Virus record (IMG/VR): IMGVR_UViG_3300044878_000082
Span: 1-64,000 of that record
Length of the DNA stretch: 64,000 bases
Strand: one strand, 5' to 3'
Origin: a virus
In this document: positions 1-9,292 of the stretch, in pieces
Position numbering within the stretch: the first letter of the stretch is position 1
Layout of the letters: each line of letters begins with the position of its first letter
Program-made: the position numbers and the translations under genes
The notes under the pieces: model-generated
What the model saw: the letters and a program-made list of their open reading frames with translations, nothing else
Told to the model about the DNA's origin: nothing
The model's database searches: none

Positions 1-2
1 AT

Positions 3-197
3 GAATTCATATGGCTCTTGTATAACGCTATGTACCCCTACCTAGCGCCAATACTCAAAAAGGCCGAGTGGTACATCTACACGATGAACCATTTCCAAAT
101 CATCAACAACAATCTCTACGTTCAACTTGACTTGGACGGGGATGAGGAACCACTATGCTCCCTAGCCAACTTGCCCCCTTTGAACTCGTCTATCTAG
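3..197 (+). CDS. 3' part of a hypothetical protein (truncated by window start)
   Basis: Frame 3 open from window edge (EFIWLLYNAMYPYLAP...) to TAG at 195-197. Confidence 0.4.
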   Translation, partial: EFIWLLYNAMYPYLAPILKKAEWYIYTMNHFQIINNNLYVQLDLDGDEEPLCSLANLPPLNSSI

Positions 198-487
198 ACC
201 AGCAAGGGGTAGAGGTCCCTGTAGCCGACAATGCGGATCGTGTTACGTTCGACACCTTCGCTTTGTTGGTTACTCACCTCAAAGACCATCCGAACTTCAA
301 CGTGGCTGAATACACTCGTGTGGGTGTAGGCTTTACCCGTGTAGATCGCAACAGCACCGATCTGATCGGTGCGATGGTTTATACGCGGGACCTGAACGGT
401 GACCAGATGAAGGTCACTTCCTTTAAGGTACGAGGTCCGATTCCGGATCTGTCCGTGGATGAGTGGTACCTGACTTTCAACGGGTGA
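155..487 (+). CDS. hypothetical protein
   Basis: 110-aa ORF, GAGG RBS upstream. Confidence 0.7.
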   Translation: MLPSQLAPFELVYLDQQGVEVPVADNADRVTFDTFALLVTHLKDHPNFNVAEYTRVGVGFTRVDRNSTDLIGAMVYTRDLNGDQMKVTSFKVRGPIPDLSVDEWYLTFNG

Positions 488-495
488 GGTGACGT

Positions 496-1095
496 ATGTT
501 ACCAATTCCATTTAAAGGCTGGTTCGCTGGAGTAGGTAGTCGCCAAACGCCTGAGGAGGTCTTAGCGCTTATGCGTTTACTTTCCCAGGCGTTGTATGCC
601 CAAGGTTACGCGTTGTCCTCTGGCGACGCTGAGGGAGCTGATACAGCCTTTTACGAGGGGGCAATCCTGTCCCCTCATTACCACACCTTGGGTGCCCGTA
701 TTTATTTGGCTTGGAACGGGGTTCGTGGTCGTTACCATGATCCAAAGAACTACTTCTACGACGCCAGCAAGTTCCCGACATGGGAATCCGCTAACAGCAT
801 TGCGCTGGAAGCTCGGGGGACGTGGGAAGGAATGGGTCGAGGTGGGATTGCGATGCACACCCGTAACGTATTCCAGATCTTGGGTGCGTGTCTCACTGAC
901 CCTGTAAGGTCGATCGTCTACTGGGGTAAACCCGTGGGCAAGACTGAGAAGGTTAAAGGCGGTACCAACACCGCACTACAACTCGCCATTAAGTTTGGCA
1001 TCAAGAATCGAATCAACCTGTACACGGACGAAGGAATGGAGCGTGCAACTCGTTTCCTCGACCAGTATGGGAATCCACTCAAGAGAGCTGCGTAA
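496..1095 (+). CDS. SLOG-superfamily (DprA/Smf-like) nucleotide-binding protein
   Basis: AGVGSRQTP, SGDAEGADTAF and GGTNTAL motifs; GAGGTG RBS. Confidence 0.75.
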   Translation: MLPIPFKGWFAGVGSRQTPEEVLALMRLLSQALYAQGYALSSGDAEGADTAFYEGAILSPHYHTLGARIYLAWNGVRGRYHDPKNYFYDASKFPTWESANSIALEARGTWEGMGRGGIAMHTRNVFQILGACLTDPVRSIVYWGKPVGKTEKVKGGTNTALQLAIKFGIKNRINLYTDEGMERATRFLDQYGNPLKRAA

Positions 1096-1511
1096 TGACT
1101 GCAACCACAACACCCTGCAACGCCTGTCACGTCCGTGGTAAAACCTGGAATGGTGATGACCCTAAGTGTGCCTTCTTGGAAGGTCCGTTCTCTACGACCA
1201 ACTGGAACTGCGCCACCGTAGGTGAGGTACGGGAACTGGCTGAGCGAGAAGATGACTGCCGTATCCATCATCGTCGTCCGGAGAACCAGAACTACGCTAC
1301 GATCGACCTCATGGACTTCAACGTACTCCCGTACGAAGACGAGAAGGGTTTTATTCAAGCCCAACCCGTTTGCCTGTGGGTGGGTTGGTACAAGTCCCGT
1401 GGTGCTACCGAAGCCTTGTGGTTGATGTTTGAAACCGCTCCTCCGCGTCCACCTACCGAAGCCGAGTGTCTGGCGATCATCGAACACTACAAGCCCAAGG
1501 TGAAGACATGA
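1095..1511 (+). CDS. hypothetical protein with N-terminal Cys cluster
   Basis: TAATG coupling; CNAC...CAF...NWNC. Confidence 0.75.
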   Translation: MTATTTPCNACHVRGKTWNGDDPKCAFLEGPFSTTNWNCATVGEVRELAEREDDCRIHHRRPENQNYATIDLMDFNVLPYEDEKGFIQAQPVCLWVGWYKSRGATEALWLMFETAPPRPPTEAECLAIIEHYKPKVKT

Positions 1512-1990
1512 GTTTGATCGTTCGTCAATTGAAAGAGTACTCCACTAACCGTTCTGCGGCTTTTGCGGGTACTCGTTGCTTCCTCGTGACCCTAGGGGTG
1601 AACACTAGCTTTACCCATTACGAAGTAGCGGTGGGTAAGGATCTGGACAACTACTACTTCCTCGCTGAGATGAACAACGACGGTCCACTCCACAGTACCG
1701 CTGCTGCGATCAAACGTTCGATCAAGTCCCAAGGTATCGAGCAGTTCGCTCGTAGTCGCAGCAAGACCATGTTCCGCTGGTCTGACCAGAATACCATCGA
1801 GATGGATTGGTCTAACCCACCAAAAGTCCCGATGCTCGCGATACTGGTGCAGCTCCGTAATGGTGGGATACCAGACTTCAGTGCGCCAGCGTTGTTTATG
1901 TACGTACCCGAAGCTATTCGTAAACCTCGTCTCCGTACCCGCATCAAACCTCTCCCAAAGGGCACCGGCCCAATCCCATACCGCTTGTAA
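1508..1990 (+). CDS. hypothetical protein
   Basis: ATGA overlap with upstream stop; start re-assigned from 1466. Confidence 0.7.
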   Translation: MSLIVRQLKEYSTNRSAAFAGTRCFLVTLGVNTSFTHYEVAVGKDLDNYYFLAEMNNDGPLHSTAAAIKRSIKSQGIEQFARSRSKTMFRWSDQNTIEMDWSNPPKVPMLAILVQLRNGGIPDFSAPALFMYVPEAIRKPRLRTRIKPLPKGTGPIPYRL

Positions 1991-2005
1991 GCTGAGGAGC
2001 TTAAA

Positions 2006-2689
2006 ATGAAAGTCGCAGACAACCGTAAACAACTGAAGCGCCACATCAAACGTTCGATCGCTGACAGCGGCTTTGCCATCCTGTCGGTCAACCCGCCACC
2101 GGTGTTCGGTGCTAACCCGGTGAACTATTCGTACACCGTGGGGCTGGCGCAGAAGGGACTGCCGGAGTTGTTTATCTGTGGTCCGATTCCCAATAGCGTC
2201 ATGGGTGCCATTCTCAAGAACCAAGCTCAGGCTTGGCTGCGTGAGCGTGTAGCAACCTACGAAGTGCGTACGGACATCGTGAAGTCGACTGAGCCGGACA
2301 AACTGATGCGTAGTAGTGTGCGTCTGTTGAACGCTCGTGAGGCCGTCGAGAAGTATTGCGTGGAACTGCGTCAGCGTGCCCCTAAGGGTCTGTACGTAGC
2401 CCAAGTGATCTACCCGGACATGGCTAACGTGTTGCCGGGTGAAGAAGGTTACGACACGCGTTACCGTCAAGACCTGATCACGCTGGCGCAGACTCCCCAG
2501 ACCGACATCCAGTTGGATAACATCGGCGTACGTGAGATGATCACTGAACCTCAGGCTATCCAGTTCATGTCCGACGTACTGGGTGGTGAGGAACGTCCTG
2601 AACCTTCCTGTGTGGCGGGTGATCTGAAAGGTAATGTCAACCTCGGTGAACACTGCTACACCTGTGACTCGCCGGTGGTTGAATGCTAG
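2006..2689 (+). CDS. DUF4262-like protein
   Basis: YSYTVGL...GLPELFICG and QVIYPD...LPGE motifs; GAGGAG RBS. Confidence 0.65.
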   Translation: MKVADNRKQLKRHIKRSIADSGFAILSVNPPPVFGANPVNYSYTVGLAQKGLPELFICGPIPNSVMGAILKNQAQAWLRERVATYEVRTDIVKSTEPDKLMRSSVRLLNAREAVEKYCVELRQRAPKGLYVAQVIYPDMANVLPGEEGYDTRYRQDLITLAQTPQTDIQLDNIGVREMITEPQAIQFMSDVLGGEERPEPSCVAGDLKGNVNLGEHCYTCDSPVVEC

Positions 2690-2874
2690 CGCTCCAGATC
2701 GTCGCAACACTAGCGATCCTCAGTGGCCTCGGGTTCTTCTTCTGCTTAATCAGAGCAGTAGATCATTTCGGTCCACAGATCTGGGGATGGCTCTGCCTCC
2801 CCTTCATGGTCTCTTTCGTAATCTTCGGTAACTGGTGGGCTTACTTACATGAATCCGTACGATCCTGCTCTTGA
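2683..2874 (+). CDS. small membrane protein (2 TM)
   Basis: Two hydrophobic stretches; overlaps both neighbours. Confidence 0.55.
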   Translation: MLALQIVATLAILSGLGFFFCLIRAVDHFGPQIWGWLCLPFMVSFVIFGNWWAYLHESVRSCS

Positions 2875-3886
2875 AAAGAATATTGAACAACTGCTGTCTG
2901 GCGTCCAAGGTTCGGCGGCACAGTGCATGGTTATCCCACAAGTGTCGCAAGCTATGGGTTCGCTGGGTATGCACATCAATGTGTTCTTCCAGCAACAGCG
3001 CAAGCGTTTCTTGGAAGACATGCTGAACGGCAACGGTCCGATGGCCAAGCTGAAACGCATGATCCTCCCACTGACCAAGGAAGCGTTCCATTGGGACTTG
3101 GTTCGTGCTGAGCCGATCACCCACACCGTCCCGAAGCCTCTGTGGGTGCAGAACCATGCTTTCACGGAGTATGTCCGCTATGTGAACAAACGGCGCTCTG
3201 GTGACGACACCAAGGGCTTCCACGACATGCCTTACATCACAGTGCCGACACACTGTGGCTTTGTGAAGCTGTTGTGCTTGAAGCGTCAGATGGCGATCAG
3301 TCAAGCGAACGACACAGGTGACGTTTGCCTAGAGTACTCCGTACCGGCGATGCACTTCCGCGACTTCAGTATCACCAGTCGCCTCGAAGAAGTGTCGGCG
3401 GTGAAGCAAGGTGATAATTTCGGTTCAGGGTCGTTCAATTTCCAGTACGACGTGTTCTGGGACCGCTATTACACCACCGCCACCCACCTGAGAGACCGCG
3501 AGTACAAACCGGGTCTGTTCCGTGGTGTCGTGTTGACCGAGAAGGACTACCGGGAGCCGATTGAGGTACGTCTACACGAGTTCCTCATGGTGCAAGATGA
3601 AGAAGGTGTTCGCTTCATCGACGGGGTGATCACCTTCACTCCACAGTCGTGGCAACCGTGTGGGTATGTGGTTTCTTTCTCTCGCGAGATGGCGTGTGTC
3701 CTCGGTGTGCCGACTGGTTCTCTGGAATGGCAACAAGTTCCACGGGTGTATCAAGAGTTGTTGGTGCAGGTTCCACTGACTGAGAACGAGTCCATCAGTA
3801 TTGAAGTAACTTTCGATCCTGACTACACTCCGGTCTCCACCATCCTCAGTCGTCGGCCTCTGGATGTAGATATAGTGTCAGAATAA
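2849..3886 (+). CDS. hypothetical protein
   Basis: 345-aa ORF followed by terminator. Confidence 0.75.
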   Translation: MNPYDPALEKNIEQLLSGVQGSAAQCMVIPQVSQAMGSLGMHINVFFQQQRKRFLEDMLNGNGPMAKLKRMILPLTKEAFHWDLVRAEPITHTVPKPLWVQNHAFTEYVRYVNKRRSGDDTKGFHDMPYITVPTHCGFVKLLCLKRQMAISQANDTGDVCLEYSVPAMHFRDFSITSRLEEVSAVKQGDNFGSGSFNFQYDVFWDRYYTTATHLRDREYKPGLFRGVVLTEKDYREPIEVRLHEFLMVQDEEGVRFIDGVITFTPQSWQPCGYVVSFSREMACVLGVPTGSLEWQQVPRVYQELLVQVPLTENESISIEVTFDPDYTPVSTILSRRPLDVDIVSE

Positions 3887-3890
3887 ACTT

Positions 3891-3919
3891 GGGGCTTCGG
3901 CCCCTTGTTTTTTTTTTTT
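3891..3919 (+). terminator. intrinsic terminator
   Basis: GGGGC-TTCG-GCCCC plus long T run. Confidence 0.8.
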
Positions 3920-3978
3920 CTACATACAGCCAAGATCATGTGAGAGTAACCCGTGATGTAATAAAGAAAGGAAGTCTC

Positions 3979-4908
3979 ATGATTTTGATTAGCAACCGTG
4001 CTTCGGGACATGTGTCATTCCCTGCCGACTCCAAAGTGTTGCCGGGTGGTGAAGTACACCCTTACGTTGATCCAACCGTTGCGACGTGGTCTGCTGTCAA
4101 CCTGACCGCGCACCTCAAGAACGGCACGGACATCATGGACCTGATCATGGTGACTGACGCAATCCGTCGCCTGAACCCAGCGATCCAGATTCACCTGTGG
4201 ATGCCGTACCTACCGTACGCTCGTCAAGACCGTGTGCCGCGTCCTGGTGAGTCCCTGACCATCAAGCCGTTCTGCGACATCATCAACCTCCAGCGTTACG
4301 ACACCGTGTCGTTGTTGGACGTTCACAGTGACACCGGGCTGGCTTTGCTGGATCGTGTTCGTCACATCTCGTTGCCGCAAGTCGTCGCGAAAGCCATGAC
4401 TCGTCGTAATGAAGCGAACACTGGTGCGTGGACTAACACCGTCCTCATTGCTCCCGATGCTGGTGCGATGAAGAAGACGTTGGATCTGGCCCGGCTGGTT
4501 GGTTGCCCACATGTGGTCTGCGGCTTTAAAGACCGCGATACCGCTACCGGCAAGATCACCGGCACTCGGGTGGACATCAACTTCGAACCACGTCCGGGTA
4601 TGAACTGGCTGGTCGTCGATGACATCTGCGACGGCGGTTACACCTTCGTAGAACTGGCTAAGGCTCTGCGTGAGAAGCTGACGCCAATCCTCGGTGAAGG
4701 CGACCTGCAAACTGGCAAGCCTGCGTACGACCTGGAACTCTGGGTAACGCACGGTCTGTTCACCAAAGGCTTCGATGAGCTGAAGCGTCACTACAGCCGC
4801 ATCGAGACCACCAACTCGTGGCACCCTGAAGCACAATACAGTCAACGTCCAGATGGCGTGACTGACCAAGCGATCTACTGGCACTCCGTACAAGGAATTT
4901 TTGCATGA
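3979..4908 (+). CDS. ribose-phosphate pyrophosphokinase-like protein (probable NARP1 ADPR-PP synthetase, Adps)
   Basis: PYLPYARQDR, LDVHS, IAPDAGA, VVDDICDGGYTF motifs; start moved to ATG 3979 (AAGGAAG RBS) because the upstream part crosses a terminator. Confidence 0.9.
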   Translation: MILISNRASGHVSFPADSKVLPGGEVHPYVDPTVATWSAVNLTAHLKNGTDIMDLIMVTDAIRRLNPAIQIHLWMPYLPYARQDRVPRPGESLTIKPFCDIINLQRYDTVSLLDVHSDTGLALLDRVRHISLPQVVAKAMTRRNEANTGAWTNTVLIAPDAGAMKKTLDLARLVGCPHVVCGFKDRDTATGKITGTRVDINFEPRPGMNWLVVDDICDGGYTFVELAKALREKLTPILGEGDLQTGKPAYDLELWVTHGLFTKGFDELKRHYSRIETTNSWHPEAQYSQRPDGVTDQAIYWHSVQGIFA

Positions 4909-6710
4909 ATCTGTTTGCACCCCACGTTGCTGACGGCTACAAAATCGGCCACCGTCCGATGTTCCCACTGAACACCCACTACACCTACGGCAACCTGACG
5001 GCTCGTGCTGACCGTCTGTTCCTGAAGTCGGTGTCGGCGTCGAAGTTCTGGGACCACAAGGTCGCATGGTTCGGTCTGCAAGGTATCCTGCAAGAACTGA
5101 AAGAGCTGTGGGACAAGTCGTTCTTCTCCCAGCCTAAAGAAGCAGTGATCCGTCGTTACAAGCGCCGTATGGACAACTACATGGGTGTCGGTAAAGTACC
5201 TACCGATGGCATGGAAGCTCTACACGATCTGGGCTACCTGCCAATCCAGGTGCTGTCGCTGCCAGAAGGCTCGCGTGTCAACATGAACGTGCCGCTGTAC
5301 GTGATCTACAACACTCACCCAGATTTCTTCTGGTTCACCAACTACCTCGAAACGTCGATGTCGAACCTGATCTGGAAAATGGTCACGAACGCCACCATCG
5401 CTTACGAGTACCGTCGGGTTCTGGAACACTGGGCTAAGCTCACTGGTTCGCCGGAAGACTTCATTGCTGTACAAGGTCACGACTTCGCCTATCGTGGCGT
5501 GGGCGGTCCTGAAGACGGCTGCCGTTCGAACAGTGCGCACCTGACCAGCTTCGCCGGCACTGACACCATCACAGCGATCGACTATGTCGAAGACTACTAC
5601 GGTGCCAACGTCGAAACGCAATTCGTGGCCTGCACCATTCCGGCTACCGAACACGCTGTAGCGACTGCGAACATCCTGTCGAACCTGCACCGCATGATTC
5701 ACCAGCGTCGTGCTGATGGTCTGCCTGACCTGACTGAAGCCGAGTTCAAAGCTCTGCGCCTAGAAGGTGAGCAACAGTTCATCCGTCGTCTGATCACTGA
5801 AGTCTACCCAGACGGCGGTATCTCGTTGGTGTGCGACTCGTTCAACTTCTGGGGTGTGCTGACTGACGTACTACCTGCTCTGAAACCAGAGATCATGGCG
5901 CGTCTGAAAGACAGCACCGGTCTGAACAAAGTGGTCGTGCGTCCGGACTCGGGTGATCCGGTTGAGATCATCTGTGGCGTGGAGATCTTCTCGGAAGCTG
6001 AGGCTGTCGTGATGATGACCAACTCCACTTACCACGAAGGCATCCTGACCGAACGTCCGAAGAAGATCTACTTCCGTGCAGTCAACGGCCAGACTTACCT
6101 CGCTACCGACAAGATCGCTGGTCGCAAGGCTGGCGCTCTCGATGGTATCGACGAAGGTCACTGGGTTGGCGGCTACCTGATCCAAGATCACATCCTGACT
6201 GCTGAAGAGAAAGGTGCGATCGAAGTTCTGTGGGAAATCTTCGGCGGTACGGTCAACGACAACGACTACCGTGTTCTCGACGAGCACATCGGTCTGATCT
6301 ACGGCGACAGCATCACCGTACAACGCACTGAAGAAATCATGCGCCGTCTGGCTCGCAAGAACTTCGCGTCGTGCAACGTCGTACTCGGCATCGGTAGCTA
6401 CACCTACCAGTACAACACCCGTGATACCTTCGGCATGGCCATCAAGGCTACTGCTGTAGACGTGGGCGGTACTTTGATCGACCTGTACAAAGCGCCAGCG
6501 ACCGAAGGCGAAACTGCCAAGAAGTCGGCCAAGGGCTTCCTGCGTGTTGTGAAAGACGAGGCTGGTGATTTCATCCTCGCACAAGAACAGGAAATGACCT
6601 TCGCGGATCTCGCGGAAGGTTCTGGTGAACTGCGTCCGGTCTTCAAGAACGGTGTGTTCCTCAGCCGTGTCACCCTGGAAGAAGTGCGTGAGCGTCTGCG
6701 TGCTGCTTAA
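4905..6710 (+). CDS. nicotinamide phosphoribosyltransferase-like protein (probable NARP1 Namat)
   Basis: DGYKIGH, HDFAYRG, PATEH, SLVCDS, VVVRPDSGDP, LIYGDSIT, TRDTFGMAIKAT, KKSAKG; ATGA-coupled to the Prs-like gene. Confidence 0.92.
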   Translation: MNLFAPHVADGYKIGHRPMFPLNTHYTYGNLTARADRLFLKSVSASKFWDHKVAWFGLQGILQELKELWDKSFFSQPKEAVIRRYKRRMDNYMGVGKVPTDGMEALHDLGYLPIQVLSLPEGSRVNMNVPLYVIYNTHPDFFWFTNYLETSMSNLIWKMVTNATIAYEYRRVLEHWAKLTGSPEDFIAVQGHDFAYRGVGGPEDGCRSNSAHLTSFAGTDTITAIDYVEDYYGANVETQFVACTIPATEHAVATANILSNLHRMIHQRRADGLPDLTEAEFKALRLEGEQQFIRRLITEVYPDGGISLVCDSFNFWGVLTDVLPALKPEIMARLKDSTGLNKVVVRPDSGDPVEIICGVEIFSEAEAVVMMTNSTYHEGILTERPKKIYFRAVNGQTYLATDKIAGRKAGALDGIDEGHWVGGYLIQDHILTAEEKGAIEVLWEIFGGTVNDNDYRVLDEHIGLIYGDSITVQRTEEIMRRLARKNFASCNVVLGIGSYTYQYNTRDTFGMAIKATAVDVGGTLIDLYKAPATEGETAKKSAKGFLRVVKDEAGDFILAQEQEMTFADLAEGSGELRPVFKNGVFLSRVTLEEVRERLRAA

Positions 6711-6715
6711 GTAAC

Positions 6716-6750
6716 GGCATAGCGGAGGCCTTCGGGCCTCCGTTTATGTT
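6716..6750 (+). terminator. intrinsic terminator with GGCATA/TATG flanks
   Basis: GGCATAG-CGGAGGCC-TTCG-GGCCTCCG-TTTATG. Confidence 0.8.
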
Positions 6751-6762
6751 GGGAGGTTTCAA

Positions 6763-7326
6763 ATGTCCGAAGCAATTAACCAACTTGACTTCTACGCCAA
6801 GATGTTGTCGAAGCTCAAGGGTTGTGTGTTCCCCATGCAAGTTGTGTGGCAACTACCTTGTCCTGACGGCTGGATGAACGTTCGAGTAGTGGAGTTCCGT
6901 GACACTCAGTATCAAGATCCCTATGGCATAAACTTCTATGGGGAGAAACGTGCCCTCAATCAAGCATTCTATTTCTATGTTACTGATCGCCCTAATGGTG
7001 ACGTACACAAAGACCGTTGGATGATCACGATTAATCACTGGGATCAAGGTGTGGCTGGGCCGGGTTGGTTAATGGATGCTCCTGCTCGTTATCGTTCCGG
7101 TACTCCAAGCAGTACCGATAGTGTCATGCTCCAACTGGTGACTAGTCTGATTGACTATGCTCGTGAGTGTTTGGGTTATGATGACTCAGAAGAACGATTG
7201 ACCGTGGCTAAGTTCTTGGACAGTCTCGCTAATCCCAAGCATCGCCCTCTGCGTGTTAAACGCAAACCTTGCGACTGTAATTTCTGTGAGCGTCAGCTCT
7301 CTGTAATTTCTGACAGGATCGACTGA
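6763..7326 (+). CDS. hypothetical protein, C-terminal CxCxxC
   Basis: GGAGG RBS; 187-aa ORF. Confidence 0.7.
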   Translation: MSEAINQLDFYAKMLSKLKGCVFPMQVVWQLPCPDGWMNVRVVEFRDTQYQDPYGINFYGEKRALNQAFYFYVTDRPNGDVHKDRWMITINHWDQGVAGPGWLMDAPARYRSGTPSSTDSVMLQLVTSLIDYARECLGYDDSEERLTVAKFLDSLANPKHRPLRVKRKPCDCNFCERQLSVISDRID

Positions 7327-7361
7327 TCTTGTGTGAATAGCCCTGTTATTAAGGAACTGTA

Positions 7362-8723
7362 ATGTCCGAAGCAAACAACGTGCACCCTTCTGAAGTTGGT
7401 CTGGCTGTAGCAGTAGCCGAAGCCGGCCCAGTACTGTCAAAGAAAGAACTGGCTAAGCTGGCCAACATCATCGGCTTCTTCCGTGACGCCGCTGAAGCAG
7501 TATTCCCGGTTCAAGGTCTCGAGGTCATGACCGATCCATCCCAAGACGTTTTGCGTGAGCGTCTGGAAGCTCTGAAGCCGGGTACTCTGGTAGCTCAGCG
7601 TGCTCGCCTCGAAAGCGACCCGTACTTCCGTCACCCGATTCCGTACATCCTGATCTTCCGTCAGCGTGAAGACGGCGAGATGGAGTTCTTCGTTTACCAG
7701 CGCACCAAGCTGATCGGTGAAGAAAAGCTGGGTCAGAAGTTCTCCATCGCCCTTGGCGGCCACCCAGAAGCACCGTCCATTCGTTTTCACGATGACTGGT
7801 CGTTCAACACCACTGAAAGCCTGATGGCGTGCCTGGTGTCCGAGCTGGACGAAGAAGCTACCTTCAACGGTATGTCCTTCAGCGACTACAGCGAAACTGG
7901 CGGTATGTTCACCTACGGTCACGAAGGCTTCCTGCGTGATGACTCCGATGCTGTCGGTCGTCAACACATCGGCATCGTTTACACCATCGGTCTACCGGCT
8001 GGTGTAGAAGTCGAGTGCAAAGAAGACGAGCTACTTACCGTCGGCTTCCGCACCCTGACCGAACTGGCTGCTGACCTGGAACTCCCAGAAGTCAACGCTC
8101 TGTACGACTTCGAGAACTGGTCGAAGATCTGCATTCGTTCGTACGTTGAGCGTATCGAAGCTGCCAAGGCCGCTGAAGCTGTTGACGCCATGTTCCTCGG
8201 CGACCACGGCCACGACGAAGCGGTTGAAACCCTGGACGACACTCCAGAAGACGTAATCGGTCGCGGTATGACCAAAGCGGTATTGCACATCGAAGAGATG
8301 GGTCTGACTGAAGGTCTGTCTCGCGGTGCCGACGGCGTACTGTACTTCAACATCGACCCGGCTGATCCAGATCCAGTGACCACCATCGCTCGTCTGCAAG
8401 AGATCTACAAGGAAACGGTGAAAGCTGTCCTTGTAGACGAAGGTCAGGAAGCACCGGTCGATCAGAAGGCCGCGTTTGCACAAGCGATCATCGACAAGCT
8501 CGAAGACAGCGACGGTCTCGTTGAGTCCCCAGCAGTCTGGCAAGGTACCGGTAATCCAGTCGATCCGTCGGCAGAAACCAAGATCCTGACTGAACTGCAC
8601 CGTGAAGTCGGCACCACCGATGCACAGATGAAAGACGCTGTGACCGAACTGGTTCGCATCAGTGACTCCGTACAACCGGAAGCTGAAGCAGAAGCGGTGC
8701 GTTTGAGCGATCTGGCTTCGTAA
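7362..8723 (+). CDS. Nudix-like phosphoesterase domain plus long acidic C-terminal region
   Basis: ESDPYFRHPIPY...YQRT...EEKL..KFSIALGGH...ELDEE...VGRQHIG pattern typical of COG4112-type Nudix proteins. Confidence 0.7.
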   Translation: MSEANNVHPSEVGLAVAVAEAGPVLSKKELAKLANIIGFFRDAAEAVFPVQGLEVMTDPSQDVLRERLEALKPGTLVAQRARLESDPYFRHPIPYILIFRQREDGEMEFFVYQRTKLIGEEKLGQKFSIALGGHPEAPSIRFHDDWSFNTTESLMACLVSELDEEATFNGMSFSDYSETGGMFTYGHEGFLRDDSDAVGRQHIGIVYTIGLPAGVEVECKEDELLTVGFRTLTELAADLELPEVNALYDFENWSKICIRSYVERIEAAKAAEAVDAMFLGDHGHDEAVETLDDTPEDVIGRGMTKAVLHIEEMGLTEGLSRGADGVLYFNIDPADPDPVTTIARLQEIYKETVKAVLVDEGQEAPVDQKAAFAQAIIDKLEDSDGLVESPAVWQGTGNPVDPSAETKILTELHREVGTTDAQMKDAVTELVRISDSVQPEAEAEAVRLSDLAS

Positions 8724-8735
8724 GTAAAAGGCTTG

Positions 8736-8770
8736 AGTCGTGTGGGTGAAAGCCCCACGGCTCTATGCCC
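8736..8770 (+). terminator. hairpin with TATGCC tag
   Basis: GAGTCGTG...CACGGCTC then TATGCCC. Confidence 0.55.
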
Positions 8771-8783
8771 TCATACAAAGATA

Positions 8784-8810
8784 TTTCAAACGTATATCAT
8801 CTAGTTGCAA
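8784..8810 (+). promoter_or_regulatory. phage promoter, TATATTAC-family variant
   Basis: TTTCAAACGTATATCATCTAGTTGCAA aligns with five other intergenic copies. Confidence 0.6.
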
Positions 8811-8848
8811 CAATGCCATTAAAAACTTTACCTAAGAAGGTTGATGTA

Positions 8849-9265
8849 ATGTTGAAAGTTGAAGCTACGTTGATTCCAAACCGTGTTCGTCAACTGCTGG
8901 CGAATGTGGAAGGTTTCCGTCAGGTTGCTCCACTGGGTGATGCTATTCAATTGAGTGATCCTGAGACTGGTAAGACCAAGCAGTTGGTTTGCTACTTCGG
9001 GCGTGCAAAGAACACCGGCACCATCGTTGTGGTAACGAACATCCTGCCACCACATCTGGAAGACCTGCTGATCCAGCCGGAACACGAGTCGGCAGTACAC
9101 GTCAGCTTCTTTAACCACCCTGACGAACAAACGGGTCGCATCGAGCAATTCCTCGACACCCTGCAAGATTGCTACATCTACGAGAACGAGTCCGACGTCG
9201 CTCTCCAGAAGCAGTCGATGCTCAACCACATCCTGAACAGCCACGGCGCTTACATCTGCATCTAA
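8849..9265 (+). CDS. hypothetical protein
   Basis: Start moved downstream of promoter motif to ATG 8849 (AAGAAGG RBS). Confidence 0.7.
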   Translation: MLKVEATLIPNRVRQLLANVEGFRQVAPLGDAIQLSDPETGKTKQLVCYFGRAKNTGTIVVVTNILPPHLEDLLIQPEHESAVHVSFFNHPDEQTGRIEQFLDTLQDCYIYENESDVALQKQSMLNHILNSHGAYICI

Positions 9266-9292
9266 CGGGTAATGATACCCAGGGGAATAAAC

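Noticed and set aside
3889-3978. TTG-started N-terminal extension of the Prs-like ORF
   Set aside because: Runs through a terminator and T run; ATG 3979 has an RBS
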